Counted from the first letter of the stretch, positions 54,105 through 63,996 are shown. The stretch is DNA of 64,000 nucleotides from Saprospira sp. CCB-QB6 (GCF_028464065.1 NZ_CP116808.1:943886-1007885), one strand, 5' to 3'. Numbers and translations: made by a program. The notes: generated by a model from the letters alone, not told the origin.

Positions 54105-55586
54105 ATGAAAAAATCTATTTTTTTACTCGTTTTCATGTTATTTGTTCATTTCAGCTACGCACAATGGGCTACAGTAGGCAGCCCTATTGATGGAGCTGCT
54201 GCAAATGATAAAGCTAGTTGGTCACTCAGTCTAAGTGGAGATGGCCAAAAAATGGCTATTGGAGCGCCTTACAATGATGCTTCGGGAGTAGATGCTGGAC
54301 ATGTTCGTGTCTATGAACAAGTCAACGGCAACTGGCAGCAATTAGGCGCCGACATCAATGGTGCCGCAGCTGGAGATTTATCTGGTCGTGCCGTTAGTCT
54401 TAGTCAAGACGGACTTCGTCTTGCTATTGGTGCCTCTAATCATAGTTCTAATAGAGGACAAGTACGTATCTTTGAATGGAACGGAACAAGTTGGCAACAA
54501 ATGGGCCTTGATATTGACGGAGAAAATGGTGCAGACTTTTTTGGCAAATCAGTTTCCTTGAGTCATGATGGAAGCATTCTAGCAGCCTCGGCAACAGGTA
54601 ATGATGATGCAGGTACAGATGCTGGACACGTTCGCATTTTTGAATGGAACGGGACAAGCTGGCAACAAAAAGGTTCTGATGTAGATGGTGAGGGGAGCAA
54701 CGCTTATACTGGAAATTCAGTAAGCATTAGTGCTGATGGACTACGCTTTGCCGTTGGAGCAACTGGAAATGATGGCAATGGAATTGATGCCGGACATGTC
54801 CGTATTTTCGAGTGGAACGGAACAGACTGGCAACAAATGGGAAGCGATATTGATGGTGAAGCCGCAGGCGATGAATTAGGTTGGTGGGTAAGTCTTAGTG
54901 GCAATGGTAATCGACTAGCTGCTGGTGGAACATATAATGATGGCAATGGAACTGATGCTGGACATGCACGCATTTTTGAATGGAACGGGACAAGCTGGCA
55001 ACAAATGGGAGCCGATATTGACGGCGAAGCAGCCTCAGATTTTTCTGGCCGCTCGGTTAGCCTTAATTATGATGGTAGTCGTGTAGCTGTAGGAAGTACT
55101 GGAAATGACGCAAATGGTACTGATGCTGGAGATGTCCGTGTTTTTGAATGGAATGGGACAAGCTGGCAACAATTTGGCCCTGCTATTTTAGGAGAATTTG
55201 CAGGTGACTTTGTGGGACATTCTGTTGCTTTAGACTCTGCAGGACAAACACTAGCCATTTCTGCAACAGGAAATGATAATAATGGCAATGAAGCTGGACA
55301 AACCCAAGTTTTTCAGACGAGCAATGCTGTAGCAATCACTTCTATACAAAAGAATACTCAGGTTAAGATCTATCCCCAACCGGCTACTTCTTTCATCAAT
55401 ATTGAAGCAGAAGGTCTTGAAGCCATCTACCTTTACAACCATTTGGGCCAACTATTGAAAATGCAAACTTTACAGTCGGCTACTAATGTGTATCAGTTAG
55501 AGCTTCAAAATTATCCTGCTGCTGTTTATTATATTACAATCCTAAGCAAAGAGGGTAAATATAGCCAAAAGGTCATTTTGAGATAG
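54105..55586 (+). CDS. FG-GAP-like repeat protein with T9SS C-terminal sorting domain (larger paralog)
   Basis: The signal peptide is MKKSIFLLVFMLFVHFSYAQ. It has about 8 repeats. The last ~230 nt (55356-55586) are near-identical to 53701-53931. Confidence 0.65.
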   Translation: MKKSIFLLVFMLFVHFSYAQWATVGSPIDGAAANDKASWSLSLSGDGQKMAIGAPYNDASGVDAGHVRVYEQVNGNWQQLGADINGAAAGDLSGRAVSLSQDGLRLAIGASNHSSNRGQVRIFEWNGTSWQQMGLDIDGENGADFFGKSVSLSHDGSILAASATGNDDAGTDAGHVRIFEWNGTSWQQKGSDVDGEGSNAYTGNSVSISADGLRFAVGATGNDGNGIDAGHVRIFEWNGTDWQQMGSDIDGEAAGDELGWWVSLSGNGNRLAAGGTYNDGNGTDAGHARIFEWNGTSWQQMGADIDGEAASDFSGRSVSLNYDGSRVAVGSTGNDANGTDAGDVRVFEWNGTSWQQFGPAILGEFAGDFVGHSVALDSAGQTLAISATGNDNNGNEAGQTQVFQTSNAVAITSIQKNTQVKIYPQPATSFINIEAEGLEAIYLYNHLGQLLKMQTLQSATNVYQLELQNYPAAVYYITILSKEGKYSQKVILR

Positions 55587-55721
55587 AATGATTTTACTAT
55601 TGAGCCTTAGATGCTTTACAGCATATTTGGTCCTTTAAACTAAAGGGGCTGCTAGTCTTAGACTAGCAGCCCCTTTTTGACAAACGGCCAAAGAAGAGCG
55701 CTAAAAAAAGCCCATCGGATG

Positions 55722-55848
55722 AGCGGCCTAGGGATATGCAGCAGGGCGGCAAAGCCGCAGACCCAGCGGGCAAAGCCCGCGCAGGGCCGAGCAGACCTGC
55801 GAGCTGCGCAATGGCCCGACCCAGCCGAAGGCTGGGGCAGCCCCAAAA
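55722..55848. repeat. REP/MITE-like element (reverse, type 1)
   Basis: It has GGCCTAGGGATATGCAGCAG and ends GGGGCAGCCCCAAAAA. Confidence 0.75.
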
Positions 55849-55849
55849 A

Positions 55850-57301
55850 TTAAATCAATTCATTCATAAAGGCCAGTAAAACATCTTCTCGTTGTTTGGC
55901 CGAAAGGACATTGAGCAATTGATTGACGGCGCCCATATCGGCAGGTAGGCCTCCTTCGGCAGACTCTAAGCCCATCAATTCTTGGAATTGGCCCAACATA
56001 GCGGGATCAAAATCTTCCATCAAGAGAGCCAACATCGAATGATCGAGGGCAGCCAAAAGCTCATTTTCTTCCACGGGGCTGCTCATTAGCTCGGCTACAG
56101 TTTCCTCTAAATCGGTAATAAAGCTTGAAATATGTGGGCAATTAAAATGGCTAATGCTCAAATGAATGGCTGCAGGAGAATGCGGACTCGCCAATTGTAC
56201 CTGCACATACCAGCCCTTTTCGTTGAGCTGATCGGCCAAATCAAAAATGCTGAGATCCTCATCTTTGCTCGCAAAAGCCAACAAACTCATCTCAGGTTGT
56301 CCAATCAATTCTAGGCTAGGCAACTGCTCTAAAGCCGCAATGACAGCATCTCTAGCCGCTTGGCAATCGGCCACGGCCTTTTGGTAGCCCTCTAGGCCCA
56401 TATATTGAAACATGGCCCAAGCTGCGGCCATAGGCGCCCCTGTCTTACTCGATAAAACGGTGGGATTCACCACTGTATAACCTGGCCATTGCGAGCAACT
56501 AAAAATCTGATGTTGACGAAGTTCTTTATTGCGGTACAAAATCGTTGAGCAGCCCTTGGGCACATAGCCAAACTTATGTAAATCGCAAGAAATAGAGGTC
56601 ACACCAGGCAACTCAAAGCCAAAAGGAGGAACCTCGTGGCCCAACTCCCGCAAGAAAGGCAAATACATACCACCCACGCAAGCATCTACATGCAAAAGCA
56701 AATCTTTTTCTAGGGCCAGGGCAGACAGTTCGGCAATCGGGTCCATCACACCATGTGCATAAGAAGGTGCAGAGCCCACCAACAGAATTGTCTTTTCGCT
56801 AATGGCCGCCCGCATATCGGCTACCTTTAGGCGCTGCGTTTGCGGGTCTACGGCTATAGATTTAATTCCAATATTTAAGTAATGGGCCGCCTTATAAAAA
56901 CAGGGATGGGCAGTAGAAGGGACCAAAATTTCAAACTCTTTTTGATCGGGATATTTAGCGCGAGCATAATCTCGGGCCGTTTTCACAGCCAACATAACAC
57001 TTTCGGTCCCGCCAGAAGTGCAGTTTCCCTTCACCTCCTCATTACCGCCCAACAAAGAAGCTAGCTGTCCAATAATTTGCTGTTCCAAATGCAAAAGCGA
57101 AGGAAAAGCCGTGGGGTCCAAGCCATTTTCGGGCAAAAAAGACAGATAAGCCGCTTCGGCTACTGCCTTGGCCGCTGCAGAAGTTTGGTAAATATAGGCA
57201 AAGATTTTTCCTGCTTGCCAGGGTAAATCCTGCCCTTTAAAGGCCTTCAATTCGGCTAAAATTTGCTGTTGATCTTGGCCCTTATTCGGTATCTTGTTCA
57301 T
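55850..57301 (-). CDS. PLP-dependent group II decarboxylase (glutamate decarboxylase / sphingosine-1-phosphate lyase-like)
   Basis: SISCDLHKFGYVPKGCS is the PLP-lysine motif. Length is 483 aa. Confidence 0.7.
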   Translation of the reverse strand: MNKIPNKGQDQQQILAELKAFKGQDLPWQAGKIFAYIYQTSAAAKAVAEAAYLSFLPENGLDPTAFPSLLHLEQQIIGQLASLLGGNEEVKGNCTSGGTESVMLAVKTARDYARAKYPDQKEFEILVPSTAHPCFYKAAHYLNIGIKSIAVDPQTQRLKVADMRAAISEKTILLVGSAPSYAHGVMDPIAELSALALEKDLLLHVDACVGGMYLPFLRELGHEVPPFGFELPGVTSISCDLHKFGYVPKGCSTILYRNKELRQHQIFSCSQWPGYTVVNPTVLSSKTGAPMAAAWAMFQYMGLEGYQKAVADCQAARDAVIAALEQLPSLELIGQPEMSLLAFASKDEDLSIFDLADQLNEKGWYVQVQLASPHSPAAIHLSISHFNCPHISSFITDLEETVAELMSSPVEENELLAALDHSMLALLMEDFDPAMLGQFQELMGLESAEGGLPADMGAVNQLLNVLSAKQREDVLLAFMNELI

Positions 57302-57343
57302 AACTTATAGGATGTAGTGAAAAACTCCTTTAAAATAAACTAA

Positions 57344-57802
57344 ATGTCTGTTCAAAAAAAGTTTTCTATGAATTTCAGTAACTATTTAGCGCAATTGCCT
57401 TCTGAAAAAGCCCAAGCGCTTGAAAAACTAGCCGAATTATTAAGGCAGCAACTACCTACTGGCTTTGCAGAGCGCTTTGATGGGCGGATGTTACATTTTG
57501 AGGTTCCCTTAAGCAGTTACCCTCAGGGCTATCATGCACAAGCCGGACAGCCCTTGCCCTTCATCAGTTTGGCGGCTCAAAAAAGCCATTTGGCTCTATA
57601 TCACTTTGGGCTTTATGCCGATGAGGAACTACTCAATTGGTGGACAACAGCCTATACTACAGCCAGTAAATACAAGCTAAATATGGGCAAAAGCTGTATT
57701 CGTTGGAAAAAAGCGGAGCATATTCCTTGGTCCTTAGTCGAAGAATTGGCCCAAAAAATGACGCCTTGCAGCTGGATCTCTATTTATGAATCAAAAAAGT
57801 AA
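57344..57802 (+). CDS. hypothetical protein (DUF1801-like?)
   Basis: 152 aa. The family assignment is weak. Confidence 0.35.
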   Translation: MSVQKKFSMNFSNYLAQLPSEKAQALEKLAELLRQQLPTGFAERFDGRMLHFEVPLSSYPQGYHAQAGQPLPFISLAAQKSHLALYHFGLYADEELLNWWTTAYTTASKYKLNMGKSCIRWKKAEHIPWSLVEELAQKMTPCSWISIYESKK

Positions 57803-57807
57803 GCAGC

Positions 57808-58335
57808 ATGGCTATTTTACTCAACGAACTCCTTTTTTTCACGGCTCTTTTGTTCCAAATGCAAAGCCCTGTTTTGGCAGAAGAGGCACTTTTAGAACTC
57901 GATTTTAAAAAGCAAAGCTTCAAAATGGAGTTTGTTCATCTTCAATATCCCGAAAATGCAGAGGCAGAAGCCCAAGAATTTGTGGCTCGCCTAGAAAGCA
58001 AAGCGCCTTTTCATCATGAGGAATTGGGCCTAAAGATTGAAAAAATTAAGCTCAAGAAAATTCGGGGACAAGCCTTGCTGCGCATTCAGGGCCATTTCGA
58101 AAATAAAGAGCGCCTATTAGAAGCTCTGCATTTCCAAGTAGATGAAAATCAACATATTTTATACACCGCTTTAGCCGAAGAGCGGGTAATCCACAGCAAT
58201 AAGGGCGCCCGCTGCGAGTGGACGCCCAAAGATCGAAAACTTTTTTTACATCTGGGGCGACGCTTAAAACAAAGCTGGGAAAATGAAATAGAAGAGCAAT
58301 TGGGCCCCTTAGAAGGGCTTGAAAAACTCTACTAA
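57808..58335 (+). CDS. hypothetical protein
   Basis: 175 aa. It lies 6 nt after the previous gene, and a terminator follows it at 58340-58370. Confidence 0.35.
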   Translation: MAILLNELLFFTALLFQMQSPVLAEEALLELDFKKQSFKMEFVHLQYPENAEAEAQEFVARLESKAPFHHEELGLKIEKIKLKKIRGQALLRIQGHFENKERLLEALHFQVDENQHILYTALAEERVIHSNKGARCEWTPKDRKLFLHLGRRLKQSWENEIEEQLGPLEGLEKLY

Positions 58336-58339
58336 TCTT

Positions 58340-58370
58340 TTAGACGATCTATTTAGGTCGTCTTTTTTTT
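58340..58370 (+). terminator. rho-independent terminator
   Basis: AGACGATCT-ATTT-AGGTCGTCT (one G·U pair) is followed by TTTTTTTT. Confidence 0.65.
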
Positions 58371-58515
58371 GGGGCTGCCCCAGCCTACGGCTGGGTCGGG
58401 CCATTGCGCAGCTCGCAGGCTTGCTCGGCCCTGCAGCGGCAAAGCCGCTTTGGTCTGCCGCCTTCGGCGGCCCTGCTCCAGCCCCTCAGCCTGCGGCGGC
58501 TTTGCCGCCTGTAGG
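58371..58515. repeat. REP/MITE-like element (forward, type 1)
   Basis: It starts TTTTGGGGCTGCCCCAGCC and contains CTGCTCCAGCCCCTCAGCC. Confidence 0.75.
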
Positions 58516-58522
58516 ACAGCAG

Positions 58523-59365
58523 CTACCAGCTATACTTTAAGGCCCAAGAGGTACTATAATAAAACTGAGCTAATGGTACAGGAGGTGCTAGTTCATAATT
58601 CAGTTGGGCTCCAAAAGCCAGCGCCCAATGTTTAGCAATCTTCCAGCTCCATTCATTAGAAATAAAAATTCGGGCCTTTTGCCATTCGCTATCAGGTCTT
58701 GTTTGTAAGTACAGGACCAGTTGCGTACGTAGTTTGGGACTAAAATCCTCCCAATAACTCAAGTAAAAATTGAGCTTGCCATATTGAGTATAAAAATCAC
58801 TAATGTCAGCGGGGAGTAAGCTATCCCCTACTGCAGAATAGGTCCATTTTTCTGATTCATACATTCCTCCTAAGCCCAAAAAGAGGTTACTTTTTTCTTT
58901 TTGCCAAAGCTTCAGGCGCAGATTTCCGCCCAATAAATAGCGCTCTTGCATTCCCCGAATTTGATCGCCTTGGAATTGGGCAAAAAGCTCATATTGTAGC
59001 CCCTCTTCTGGCTCTAAGCGGTAGCGAAAATGCGTATAACCGCTATTCAGTGTATTTTCTCCACCTGATCGGAGCAAACGATAATAGTTGCTATGCATCA
59101 AGCGGTGTTGGCCTGAGCGATAGGCCCATTCTGCTTGGCCCGTAAAGCTATAAACGGGTGTATAGTTTCGCTTAGTAATACTTAAACTTCCTTGTCCAAA
59201 CAGATGAAAGGCTCGGCTAGAGTCTAGTTTTGGCGCCAAAGCATCGGCATTTAAGATTTGAGCCTCTAGCGGCAGGGCCAAAAGCAGCAGCGCAAAGAGC
59301 TTAATAGTTTTCAATAAATTCTTTTCTAAATTGACAGTTAATCCAGCTTTCATCAAGTTGAGCAC
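58523..59365 (-). CDS. hypothetical outer-membrane/secreted protein
   Basis: It has a signal peptide, LFALLLLALPLEAQ, and a beta-rich composition. The N-terminus overlaps the 3' end of the GNAT gene. Confidence 0.4.
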   Translation of the reverse strand: MLNLMKAGLTVNLEKNLLKTIKLFALLLLALPLEAQILNADALAPKLDSSRAFHLFGQGSLSITKRNYTPVYSFTGQAEWAYRSGQHRLMHSNYYRLLRSGGENTLNSGYTHFRYRLEPEEGLQYELFAQFQGDQIRGMQERYLLGGNLRLKLWQKEKSNLFLGLGGMYESEKWTYSAVGDSLLPADISDFYTQYGKLNFYLSYWEDFSPKLRTQLVLYLQTRPDSEWQKARIFISNEWSWKIAKHWALAFGAQLNYELAPPVPLAQFYYSTSWALKYSW

Positions 59366-59771
59366 CTAGTTTTTTATAAAAAGCAATAGCGGGCGCATTC
59401 CAATCGAGCACCTGCCAGCTCATTCGGCCCACTTTTTTGGTTTTAGCAATTTGCAGGAGTTCATCAAATAGGAGTTGGCCAATGCCTTGACGGCGGCAAG
59501 CTTCCTTGACCACCAAATCTTCTAGATAAAGACAGGGCCCCTTCCAGGTAGAATAACTAAAGAAATAAAGCGCCATTCCCAAAATTTGCCCCGCTTCATT
59601 TTCGGCGACTAAAAAAGAAAAGTAGGCTTGGGGACCAAAAGCATCTTCTTGCATTTCTTCAATACTAATAGTATGTTCAGCTTCCGCTTGCTCATAAATA
59701 GCAAGTTCTCGGACCAAAGCATGAACAGCGGGAATATCTTGGGCGGTACCTAGACGAATTTGAATAGACAT
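59301..59771 (-). CDS. GNAT family N-acetyltransferase
   Basis: CRRQGIGQLLFDELLQIAK matches the acetyl-CoA-binding motif A (Q/RxxGxG/A). Confidence 0.7.
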   Translation of the reverse strand: MSIQIRLGTAQDIPAVHALVRELAIYEQAEAEHTISIEEMQEDAFGPQAYFSFLVAENEAGQILGMALYFFSYSTWKGPCLYLEDLVVKEACRRQGIGQLLFDELLQIAKTKKVGRMSWQVLDWNAPAIAFYKKLGAQLDESWINCQFRKEFIENY

Positions 59772-59793
59772 AATTTAGAGTTTGTTAAGGTCC

Positions 59794-59830
59794 ATAAAAA
59801 AGGGCCCGCTGCAATTGCAGCGGGCCCTTG
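59794..59830 (-). terminator. rho-independent terminator for the OmpA-family gene (minus strand)
   Basis: AGGGCCCGCTGC-AATT-GCAGCGGGCCCT has an A run on the plus strand, which is a T run on the minus strand. Confidence 0.7.
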
Positions 59831-59852
59831 AAATTAAAGCTTAAAGAAGCAA

Positions 59853-61547
59853 TTATTTACAAAGGTTGAGGTCCATTTCGTCCCACTCTTTGATTTTCTT
59901 GCTTGTACGCTTACGTAGTACGTACATTTTCTTTTTCTTCTTATACTTAAGGTCTGTCAATTTCACCTCAGCGTAACGCTTTTTCTCCGCTTTCTTCTTG
60001 TGCTGGTAGCGCTGAAGAACGATGATATCGTCCATGTTATCATCTTGGCGAATGTGGTACTCTTTAGTACGAGTTTTACCTTTGCGAGTCACATTCTTCG
60101 CACGGTATACATAACCTGTTTTCTTGTTTGCTACAAGGATAGTAGAGTTACGTAGTACACGTGTTTTAAGTACGTAAGTATCTTCGCCAGCAGCTTTAGG
60201 CTCTTCGTTCCACTCTCCCAATTTGTAGTTACCTGTAGCAGGAACATCAAATACGATGTAGTCACAGTTGATAGGACCTAGACAAGTCGCTTGCTCATAT
60301 TTAGAAGTTTGCCACTTGATATAACCTTGCTTGGTCAAGCTACCTGTAAGCAAAACAGGATTATCTTCTGTTACTTTATCGCGGGGAAGCATGATACGCA
60401 TACCACGGTTAGCATCACCCTCTTGAGCTTCGCCAGCAGAGTTTTTAGCTTTAACGATAACGTTTTTGCTATCATTCATATTAGCATAAGCAGGGAACCA
60501 ATCTTCAGTAGCGATACCATATTGGAATTGCTCACAGATGTCACAATCAGACTCTTTGTTTGGCTCATCTACAACTTGAACATCCATGTTGGCGATGTCA
60601 TCGCTGTAAGTACCATCTTTGATTTGAGCAACAGTTCCTTCGCTGCTATAACGAATGTCAGCTGCTTCTAGGTTAGGAGAACGCTCACCACCAAAGGGAT
60701 CTTCGCTACAGTCTTCTTCACAAGCGCGGGGCTTTAGACAACCACAGTAGCCGTTTACTTCCAATTCAAAGTTATACGTAGAGCAATCACCTTCTTTCAC
60801 TAGGCTACCACAAGGCTTACCTGTGCTTTTCCAAGTGATTTTTCCACCATTATCTACACCAGTGTAAAGCATAAAGCCGTCAGCATCTTCGCCAACTGCG
60901 GGCATTTTCACTTTAATCGTTTTGCCTGCTGTTAGTGCGTTGCCATCTACTTTAGCATCAAGGTAAGCGATAGCGTTAGCGTATAGACGCTTGCCGTTTT
61001 CGTCTTCCATTTTGATACCTGCCTGGGCTACTTCACGAGCATTAGACAAGCTTTTGTAAGTGAAAGTAATGTCTTTATTCTTTTTAGGCTTGAATGTTCC
61101 TTTTTCTACGAAAAACTCCAAGCAGTCTTTTTGCAAAAGCGTGTCGCGGTCGTCATCTTCCAAAGAGAAAAGGAAATATACACGACGGTTTTCGGCAACA
61201 CCGCCTTTACCGTACTTAAGATCTTTTTCTCCGTAGAAGAAAAGCTCCATTTTGTCTTCTGGCTCCCCTACTTCTTTGAGGTATTCGAAGGCAGATTCTG
61301 CACGGCGCTCAGAGAGGCCCATGTTGTAGTTTTCGGTTCCGATATCACAAGTATAACCTGCGATACGTACACCAAGACGGCGGCCTTTAGTAGCCTCCAA
61401 GAAAGAGTCGATCTGCGTTTTACTTTCCTGTTTTAGGATAGCACGATTAAACTCGAAGTAAAGTTCAAAGCTATCTTGCAAGTCTTGGGCAGAGGCCATG
61501 CCAAAGCTCAAGAGCATCAATAAGCAGCTTAAATATAACTTCTTCAT
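59853..61547 (-). CDS. OmpA-family protein (N-terminal OmpA-like domain, long C-terminal region with Lys-rich tail)
   Basis: The signal peptide is MKKLYLSCLLMLLSFGMASAQ. FEFNRAILK...LGVRIAGYTCDIGTENYNMGLSERRAESAFEYL is the OmpA peptidoglycan-binding motif. I moved the start to the ATG at 61547. Confidence 0.7.
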   Translation of the reverse strand: MKKLYLSCLLMLLSFGMASAQDLQDSFELYFEFNRAILKQESKTQIDSFLEATKGRRLGVRIAGYTCDIGTENYNMGLSERRAESAFEYLKEVGEPEDKMELFFYGEKDLKYGKGGVAENRRVYFLFSLEDDDRDTLLQKDCLEFFVEKGTFKPKKNKDITFTYKSLSNAREVAQAGIKMEDENGKRLYANAIAYLDAKVDGNALTAGKTIKVKMPAVGEDADGFMLYTGVDNGGKITWKSTGKPCGSLVKEGDCSTYNFELEVNGYCGCLKPRACEEDCSEDPFGGERSPNLEAADIRYSSEGTVAQIKDGTYSDDIANMDVQVVDEPNKESDCDICEQFQYGIATEDWFPAYANMNDSKNVIVKAKNSAGEAQEGDANRGMRIMLPRDKVTEDNPVLLTGSLTKQGYIKWQTSKYEQATCLGPINCDYIVFDVPATGNYKLGEWNEEPKAAGEDTYVLKTRVLRNSTILVANKKTGYVYRAKNVTRKGKTRTKEYHIRQDDNMDDIIVLQRYQHKKKAEKKRYAEVKLTDLKYKKKKKMYVLRKRTSKKIKEWDEMDLNLCK

Positions 61548-61723
61548 TTTGACAATTTTTGTATGAAATAAAATGATGGACAACAGTTTTGTATGTTACT
61601 TTAACAGTGGGCAAATATAAGAAAACTTGCCGAAAAGCAGGGCTTTAGTCAGATTTCTATATTTAATCTATAAATTTTATCGCTTTGTTAGCACAATCTA
61701 AGGACAGAGCGATTTTTGGTTCT

Positions 61724-61884
61724 ACAGGCGGCGGAGCCGCCGCAGGCTGAGGGATGGGCAGCAGGGCCGCCACAGGCGGCAGCCCCAAAGCTTTTGAAGC
61801 GCAGCGAAAAAGCTTGCAGGGCCGAGCAGACCTGCGAGCTGCGAGACAGCCCGACCCGAGCGAAGCGAGGGGCAGCCCCAAAAA
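61724..61884. repeat. REP/MITE-like element (reverse, type 1)
   Basis: It ends CGAGCGAAGCGAGGGGCAGCCCCAAAAAAA. Confidence 0.75.
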
Positions 61885-61964
61885 AATAGAAAAAAACTTT
61901 TGCCTTTGCCCTTGATTTTGGATCTTCGTCTTCAACACAAAAAAATCAATCTAAAAATATATTC

Positions 61965-63470
61965 ATGTCTATAAAATCTTTCCTTATTAAGCAGGCGGCT
62001 CGTTACATTAGCAAGCAGAAAAATGGGCAAGCGCTCAAGGGCCTGCAATATCAAGAGAAAATCCGGCAGGAATTGGTGGCGGTGGGTCAAACAACGGCTT
62101 ATGGTAAGGACCATCAATTTAATAAGATTGTGGATTATGCTAGCTTTAAGCAACAGGTTCCTTTGGTCGATTATGAAGCTTTGCGGCCTTATGTGGAGCG
62201 CATCAATGCGGGAGAGGAAAATGTGCTTTGGAAGGGGCGGCCCAAATATTATGCAAAGACTTCGGGCACCACTTCGGGAGCCAAATACATTCCCTTGACC
62301 AAAGAGAGCATTCCCAATCATTTTGGCACGGCTAGAAATGCCGTCTTTAATTATATTGCTCAGACGGGCAAGGTGGATTTTATGGATGGTAAGATGATCT
62401 TTTTGTCGGGCTCTCCAGAGCTAGAAAAAAAGGGAGATATTTTGCTGGGCCGTCTTTCGGGAATTTCCAATCATTTGGTACCCAATTGGGTTAAGGGCAA
62501 TCAACTGCCTTCTTATGAGACCAACTGTATAGAAGATTGGGAGGAGAAACTGGACCGCATTGTAGAAGAGACGATGCATGCGGATATGCGTTTAATTTCG
62601 GGCATTCCGCCTTGGGTACAGATGTATTATGAGCGTTTGTTGGAGCGCACAGGCAAAAAGACTGTTTTAGAGGTCTTTCCCAATCTTTCTATCTTTGTTT
62701 ATGGGGGAGTCAACTTTGAGCCCTATCGAGAAAAGCTAGAATCTTTGGTGGGGGGGCGGATTCCCTCTGTAGAGACCTATCCCGCTTCGGAGGGCTTCAT
62801 TGCTTATCAGGACCAACAAGATGCGCCGGGGCTTTTGCTCAATGTCAATTCGGGCATTTTCTTCGAGTTTATTCCTGCCGATCAATACTTTTCTGAACAT
62901 CCGCCCCGTCTTTCTTTAGCCGAGGTGGAGCTAGGCGTTAACTATGCCTTGGTCCTCAATACAAATGCTGGACTTTGGGGCTACAGCATTGGCGATACCG
63001 TCCAATTTATCTCTAAAGATCCTTATCGAATCTTAGTCACGGGTCGCATCAAGCATTATATTTCGGCCTTTGGAGAGCATGTAATTGGCAAAGAAGTGGA
63101 ACAAGCGCTTTTAGAGGCCCTAGAAGTAGAGCCCGCCAAGGTAGTGGAGTTTTCGGTAGCCCCACAGGTAACTCCTCCAGAAGGCGGCAAGCCTTATCAC
63201 GAATGGTGGATTGCTTTTGATCAGTTGCCACAAAACTTAGAGCTACTGGCCGAGCGGCTCGATTTAGCCATGCGCAAGCAAAATATCTATTATGAGGATT
63301 TGGTTCGAGATAAAATCTTGCAGCCACTCAAAATTCGCCCTGTTCCAGCCGATGCCTTTAGACAATATATGAAGTCAATTGGTAAATTGGGTGGACAAAA
63401 TAAGGTCCCTCGCCTATCCGATGACCGCAAAATTGCCGATAAGCTCCGAGAGCTTTTCCCTTCAGCTTAA
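61965..63470 (+). CDS. GH3-family (auxin-responsive-promoter family) adenylate-forming enzyme
   Basis: The N-terminus MSIKSFLIKQAARYISKQ is typical. YAKTSGTTSGAKYIP is the AMP-binding P-loop. Length is about 500 aa. Confidence 0.75.
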   Translation: MSIKSFLIKQAARYISKQKNGQALKGLQYQEKIRQELVAVGQTTAYGKDHQFNKIVDYASFKQQVPLVDYEALRPYVERINAGEENVLWKGRPKYYAKTSGTTSGAKYIPLTKESIPNHFGTARNAVFNYIAQTGKVDFMDGKMIFLSGSPELEKKGDILLGRLSGISNHLVPNWVKGNQLPSYETNCIEDWEEKLDRIVEETMHADMRLISGIPPWVQMYYERLLERTGKKTVLEVFPNLSIFVYGGVNFEPYREKLESLVGGRIPSVETYPASEGFIAYQDQQDAPGLLLNVNSGIFFEFIPADQYFSEHPPRLSLAEVELGVNYALVLNTNAGLWGYSIGDTVQFISKDPYRILVTGRIKHYISAFGEHVIGKEVEQALLEALEVEPAKVVEFSVAPQVTPPEGGKPYHEWWIAFDQLPQNLELLAERLDLAMRKQNIYYEDLVRDKILQPLKIRPVPADAFRQYMKSIGKLGGQNKVPRLSDDRKIADKLRELFPSA

Positions 63471-63475
63471 GACAA

Positions 63476-63510
63476 TAAAAAAGGCCAGCGAAATTCGCTG
63501 GCCTTTTTCG
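63476..63510. terminator. bidirectional rho-independent terminator
   Basis: AAGGCCAGCG-AAATT-CGCTGGCCTT is followed by TTTT, between convergent genes. Confidence 0.75.
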
Positions 63511-63525
63511 TTGGGCTCCTCTCCC

Positions 63526-63996
63526 CTATTTCTTAGGCTGAGGCGCACTTTTGTTGGTCGATACATTTTTCTTTCCCAACTTATGGTATTTCATCACAGC
63601 CTCACGAAGCTCCTGAAGCGTTACCCCTTCTTTAGTACCTCGCACTCCCACAATCTGTGGGTTAAGTCGCGTTTTTTCATCATAAATTTTATACTTGATG
63701 ATGGTAATGGCCTGCATAACCGACTGAATAGAAGCTCCACTGATCTCACTAGGCAAGGGAATTACCGAAGTAATTTCTGGATCGTGCAAACCAATTGCTT
63801 CTACCCGAACAGAACCATACACCTTTTTGTCTGTGGCCGCCATACCAATACTAAAGATATCACTCAAGTTGATGTCCTTGGCTCGAGAAGATATATTTAA
63901 AATGACTCGAAAACCAACACCAGCCGCCGCTTCTCCAGCTACGTCTCCCTCTTTTTTCACCTCTAAGGTGGCAAATTTAAGGTAATCCATGGTCAC
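63526..63996 (-). CDS. hypothetical protein with basic C-terminal tail
   Basis: 156 aa. I recognise no family. Confidence 0.4.
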   Translation of the reverse strand: MTMDYLKFATLEVKKEGDVAGEAAAGVGFRVILNISSRAKDINLSDIFSIGMAATDKKVYGSVRVEAIGLHDPEITSVIPLPSEISGASIQSVMQAITIIKYKIYDEKTRLNPQIVGVRGTKEGVTLQELREAVMKYHKLGKKNVSTNKSAPQPKK

